From positions 62,001 through 126,000 of the forward strand of contig CDMY01000238.1 of the NCBI GenBank assembly GCA_001179505.1: a DNA stretch of 64,000 nucleotides. Reading direction: 5' to 3'. This document shows, piece by piece, positions 60,544 through 64,000 of this stretch (the first letter of the stretch is position 1; every line of letters begins with the position of its first letter). The notes below the pieces were generated by a model. The model searched no databases, was not told the origin of the DNA, and saw nothing but the letters and a program-made list of their open reading frames with translations. The position numbers and the translations under genes are program-made. The stretch is from Vitrella brassicaformis CCMP3155 (Eukaryota > Protista > Chromerida).

Positions 60544-60614
60544 CGCTTCCGCAAAGGATTGAACTTCGATCTTCCGGTTTACGGCCGGATGCTCTTCCAT
60601 TGAGCTACAGAAGC
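60544..60614 (-). tRNA. tRNA-like cloverleaf, anticodon GTA (Tyr) on a Thr-like body; possibly a pseudogene
   Basis: GCTTCTG TA GCTC AATGGAA GAGC A TCCGG CCGTAAA CCGGA AGAT CGAAG TTCAATC CTTTG CGGAAGC G. All four stems pair. It has C at position 33 and no intron. Confidence 0.7.
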
Positions 60615-60732
60615 TTGCTTCATTCTAGAAACACTCTGCTCACTTTGACGCGATTGTCACGAGCAGCCACCCACGTCCACACACGCATACGGACATGCAG
60701 AAGTGTCCCTGCACTCACCCACCCACCCACCC

Positions 60733-61032
60733 NNNNNNNNNNNNNNNNNNNNNNNNNNNNNNNNNNNNNNNNNNNNNNNNNNNNNNNNNNNNNNNNNNNN
60801 NNNNNNNNNNNNNNNNNNNNNNNNNNNNNNNNNNNNNNNNNNNNNNNNNNNNNNNNNNNNNNNNNNNNNNNNNNNNNNNNNNNNNNNNNNNNNNNNNNNN
60901 NNNNNNNNNNNNNNNNNNNNNNNNNNNNNNNNNNNNNNNNNNNNNNNNNNNNNNNNNNNNNNNNNNNNNNNNNNNNNNNNNNNNNNNNNNNNNNNNNNNN
61001 NNNNNNNNNNNNNNNNNNNNNNNNNNNNNNNN
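60733..61032. other. Assembly gap (300 N)
   Basis: Run of N flanked by (ccca)n-like simple repeats. Confidence 1.
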
Positions 61033-61103
61033 AACCCAGCCAGCCAGGTCAAAAGTATCTCTCTAAAACCGACAGTCTTAAAGCCAACGCACGGCATGGA
61101 CCG

Positions 61104-63977
61104 TCACGCGTTCTTCACAGCCAGCAGCTTCCTCTCTCGGATGGCCATCTTGCCCTCCCTGATGCAGCCCATAAACGCATCCCGATCCGATGCACACATG
61201 ACGTCCTCCATCTCCCGCGTCCTCGTCGAGTGCAGCAGCTCGCTGCTCAAAGCTCGGTACGCCTCGTCCATGACACCGATGACAAGCGGCGCTGTCGTCC
61301 CTTCCTGGGTGACGATCGTCCGCATGGCGTCAGCTAGCGACTGAAGCTCGTTAAGAGAGAGGTCGGGGAGGGACGGCAGCAGGCCTCTCACGGCCAGCAC
61401 GAGCACTCGCGTCATGTCCCTTGACAGATGGGGCAGCCTCGCGAGAGCTTCAAGCGCTAGCGCGTGCGTCGACGCCGAAATGACCGATGGGGTGCGGTAG
61501 GCCGTGGTGAGCCACTCCTCGATCACAGTCTGGTCTCGCGCTGTCTTGAGCAGGTGCATGCCGCCCCACACCATCATCTCCCTCCCCTTGGTCGCCGCAT
61601 GGCCCTTCTTGTCAGACAGATAGCGAGACGCTGACGCCAAAATGTGGTCGAAGAGGTCTCCTCCCGCAGTGACGACCTTCTGAGAGTCCTGGCCATGCTG
61701 CGCCATTCGCCCCACAGCCCACATGAATCGCCCCCAGTCAGCCGCGTTGAACTGATCCACACGCGAGGGAGAGGCCAGCTCCGCCAGCAGAGAGGGAACG
61801 AAGGCCAGGAGGTCGCCGTGCTGCCACAGCACCGGGGTCCCTTCCGACGGTCGGTGCGGTGCGTTTGGGGGGTGGATGAGCAGACAGAGGGAGGAGATGG
61901 CCCACAGGACGTCCAGCAGAGCTCGTGTGGGGGCGGATGGGAGAGATGACACATCGGGCATCGAGGGAAGCAGGTGGCGGTACATTAAGACGGATGCTGC
62001 AGACAGAGCCACACACACACACACACACACACAGGGCATCCAGCAACGCCCCCTCCTTCAGGCATGTATCTCCCTCACCTTTCCGTTGATCGTCTGGTCT
62101 CGCAATAGCGGCCACCATCCACATGATGTTCCCCACCCCATCCCAATCCACCGCCCTGCTGCCCGCCACCACCCTCTCTATCGCACCAAAGAAGCCGTCC
62201 ACAAACTCGCCGCTGCCGTCACCCTCCCACTTGCGCGTCCAGCGCCTGCGAGCGAACGCCCAGCCGATGAGCTTCAGCTCGGTCAGGGAGAGGGTGTCGA
62301 GAGAGATGGATTCTGCGACGGAGTGCAGGAACGTCTGTTCGGCGGATGTGGTGAAGAGGGGCAGGTGGACTGCAGCCCAGGTGGACATGGCGAGGCCCTG
62401 GGGGGTGAAGAACCATGGATCCTGCACACATAGCAGCAGAGATACGTACGTTCACACATGTGTCTCTGCCATTCATGAGTGTTCACACACCTTGTGTGCC
62501 ACCAGCCGTCCGCCAAAGTCATCCCTGAATCTCCCAAACAGCCTCCCGTCCAGTCCGGAAAGCTCCGTGTACACCGCCGCGTACATGAGTGACGCCACCT
62601 CCCTCCCCTTGAGCCACCGGCCCTCCACGCGATCCATCGCCTCACCCCACAGCCACAGCAAGCTCTCAGCCTCCTTCTGGGTCACGCTGGCCGTTGTTTC
62701 CTTCATGCGTCTGGCTATTCGATGCAACGCTGTGACCAGGTTGATGGTGCTCACGCCGTCCTTGGTCTGCATGGCGGCCGCGATGGCCCGAGTGACTGTG
62801 GCGATCCGCCCGTCGGATGTGGTGATGTTGGTGTTGAGGGATCGCTGTGCGGTGGAGGACGGGGGGTAGAGTGTGTGTGGAATTGGCGCGGAGGAGGTCG
62901 ACTGGCGCGGAGGGAGGAGAGATGGAGCAGACGGTGTCACCTCGTCGGTTGTCAGTGCATCCTGAAGCCTGAAAGAGGCAACAAAGAAAGCATGTCAAGT
63001 GACGTCCACACGGTTACTGCCACGGCCCTTCGCTCACCTCAAGAGTGTGGCGACATCGAGCTGCGCCTTGACCCATCCGTCTTCCTGCCCGCCCCGCCCC
63101 TCCCGCACAGCCGCATCCACAGCGCCCTTGACGCCGCCCACGAGCAGCGACGAACACGCACGGCTTTCGTCAATCAAGAAGCTGTCGATCCTGCTGGGAT
63201 GGGTGGACTCTGTGTACCGCTGGATGAGCTGTGTCTGGAGGGACAGCAGGCTGACGATGAAGGCGGGGGCGAAGAGGGTCGGAGAGGCGGGGAAGAGCGA
63301 ATGAATGGCCCAACTGAACGGGAGGAAACATGAGCAGAAGCAGATTGGAATGAGCAACACTCGTTGGGAGCGTGTGTGTTGTCTCCTCACTTGTTAAATG
63401 CCAATTGTTGCCGTATCGCATCCCTGTCAGCTCCTGGACAGCATGCCACCATCAGCCCACTCAGCGCCTCCACCAGGGCGCCCATCACACCATCATGCGG
63501 CCGATTCACTCCCCTCTCAGCCCTCTCATCCATAACACACGACGAGACGTTGGCCCCCCGCTGGCTCGGCCAGTTGACCCGTATCGCCGCACAGACGTCA
63601 GTGACCCATCGAGCCAGCACACCATCCATCTCTCCACCTTCTGTGTCCAGAGCCCTCCACAGCGCCGTGTCCCTCTTGTACATCGATTTCACCAACCGCA
63701 CCACCGCAAGAACCGACCTGCCCGGCATCCTGTTGTCGCGGAGCAGAGACAGCGACGCCCCGAGGATGGGAATGAGGGCGGCTGGCGGCATCAGAGTGGG
63801 GAAGAGGGACGGCAGCGCCTGTGTGACGGACACCAGGGGCGATGGGGGGAACGACGGCAGCCGGGGGAGTATGGTGTGGTGGAAGACGTGATGCAGATCC
63901 TGGGAAAGCATCGGCAACATAGCCGCGGGAACGTCATCTATAACACGGACCAACAGAACACGGGAGGCAGTGTGCAT
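61104..63977 (-). CDS. Large alpha-helical repeat protein, OPR/HPR/RAP-family-like (probable organellar RNA binder); 5' end beyond the window
   Basis: In-phase exons contain STINLVTALHRIAR, LKGREVASLMYA, FTPQGLAMSTWA, LSLTELKLIGWAFAR and FNAADWGRFMWAVGRM, which match the typical F.PQ.L.N..WA-type repeat pattern. Confidence 0.55.
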
Positions 63978-64000
63978 CGTTCTCGATATACCGACAAGTG

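Noticed and set aside
1555-62035. Numerous (GT)n/(CA)n/(GACA)n microsatellites
   Set aside because: They are a generic intron feature throughout the window and are not locus-specific.

Overview
Intron-rich, GC-rich eukaryotic DNA with short GT-AG introns full of (GT)n/(CA)n microsatellites. The style and gene families fit a chromerid alveolate such as Vitrella brassicaformis (inference, not verified). All gene models were spliced by hand, so boundaries are approximate. About 20 genes are recognisable: PhnX-like HAD, NMNAT-like nucleotidyltransferase, a Gly/Tyr-tailed membrane protein, HemK, a Kelch-BTB-BTB protein, eIF3g, CRIPT, a HAD protein, LAMTOR2-like, a TM-PH protein, a TRIP12/UPL3-type HECT ligase, formate-THF ligase and an OPR/HPR-like helical-repeat protein. 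A decayed TLDc/kinase zone lies at 10-15.6 kb. Four things stand out. (1) A head-to-head ADP-ribosylation writer/eraser pair: a Zn-finger H-Y-E ADP-ribosyltransferase and a Zn-finger PARG-CBM48. They share an 8-ligand Cys/His module I do not recognise, and a solo mini Zn-finger-ART paralog lies about 18 kb away. (2) A POT1-like double OB-fold spliced in frame to an EEP nuclease with intact catalytic motifs. (3) A tandem array of tRNA-shaped elements next to an atypical tRNA(GTA). (4) A ~145-nt-period array of small hairpins bracketed by splice-like signals.
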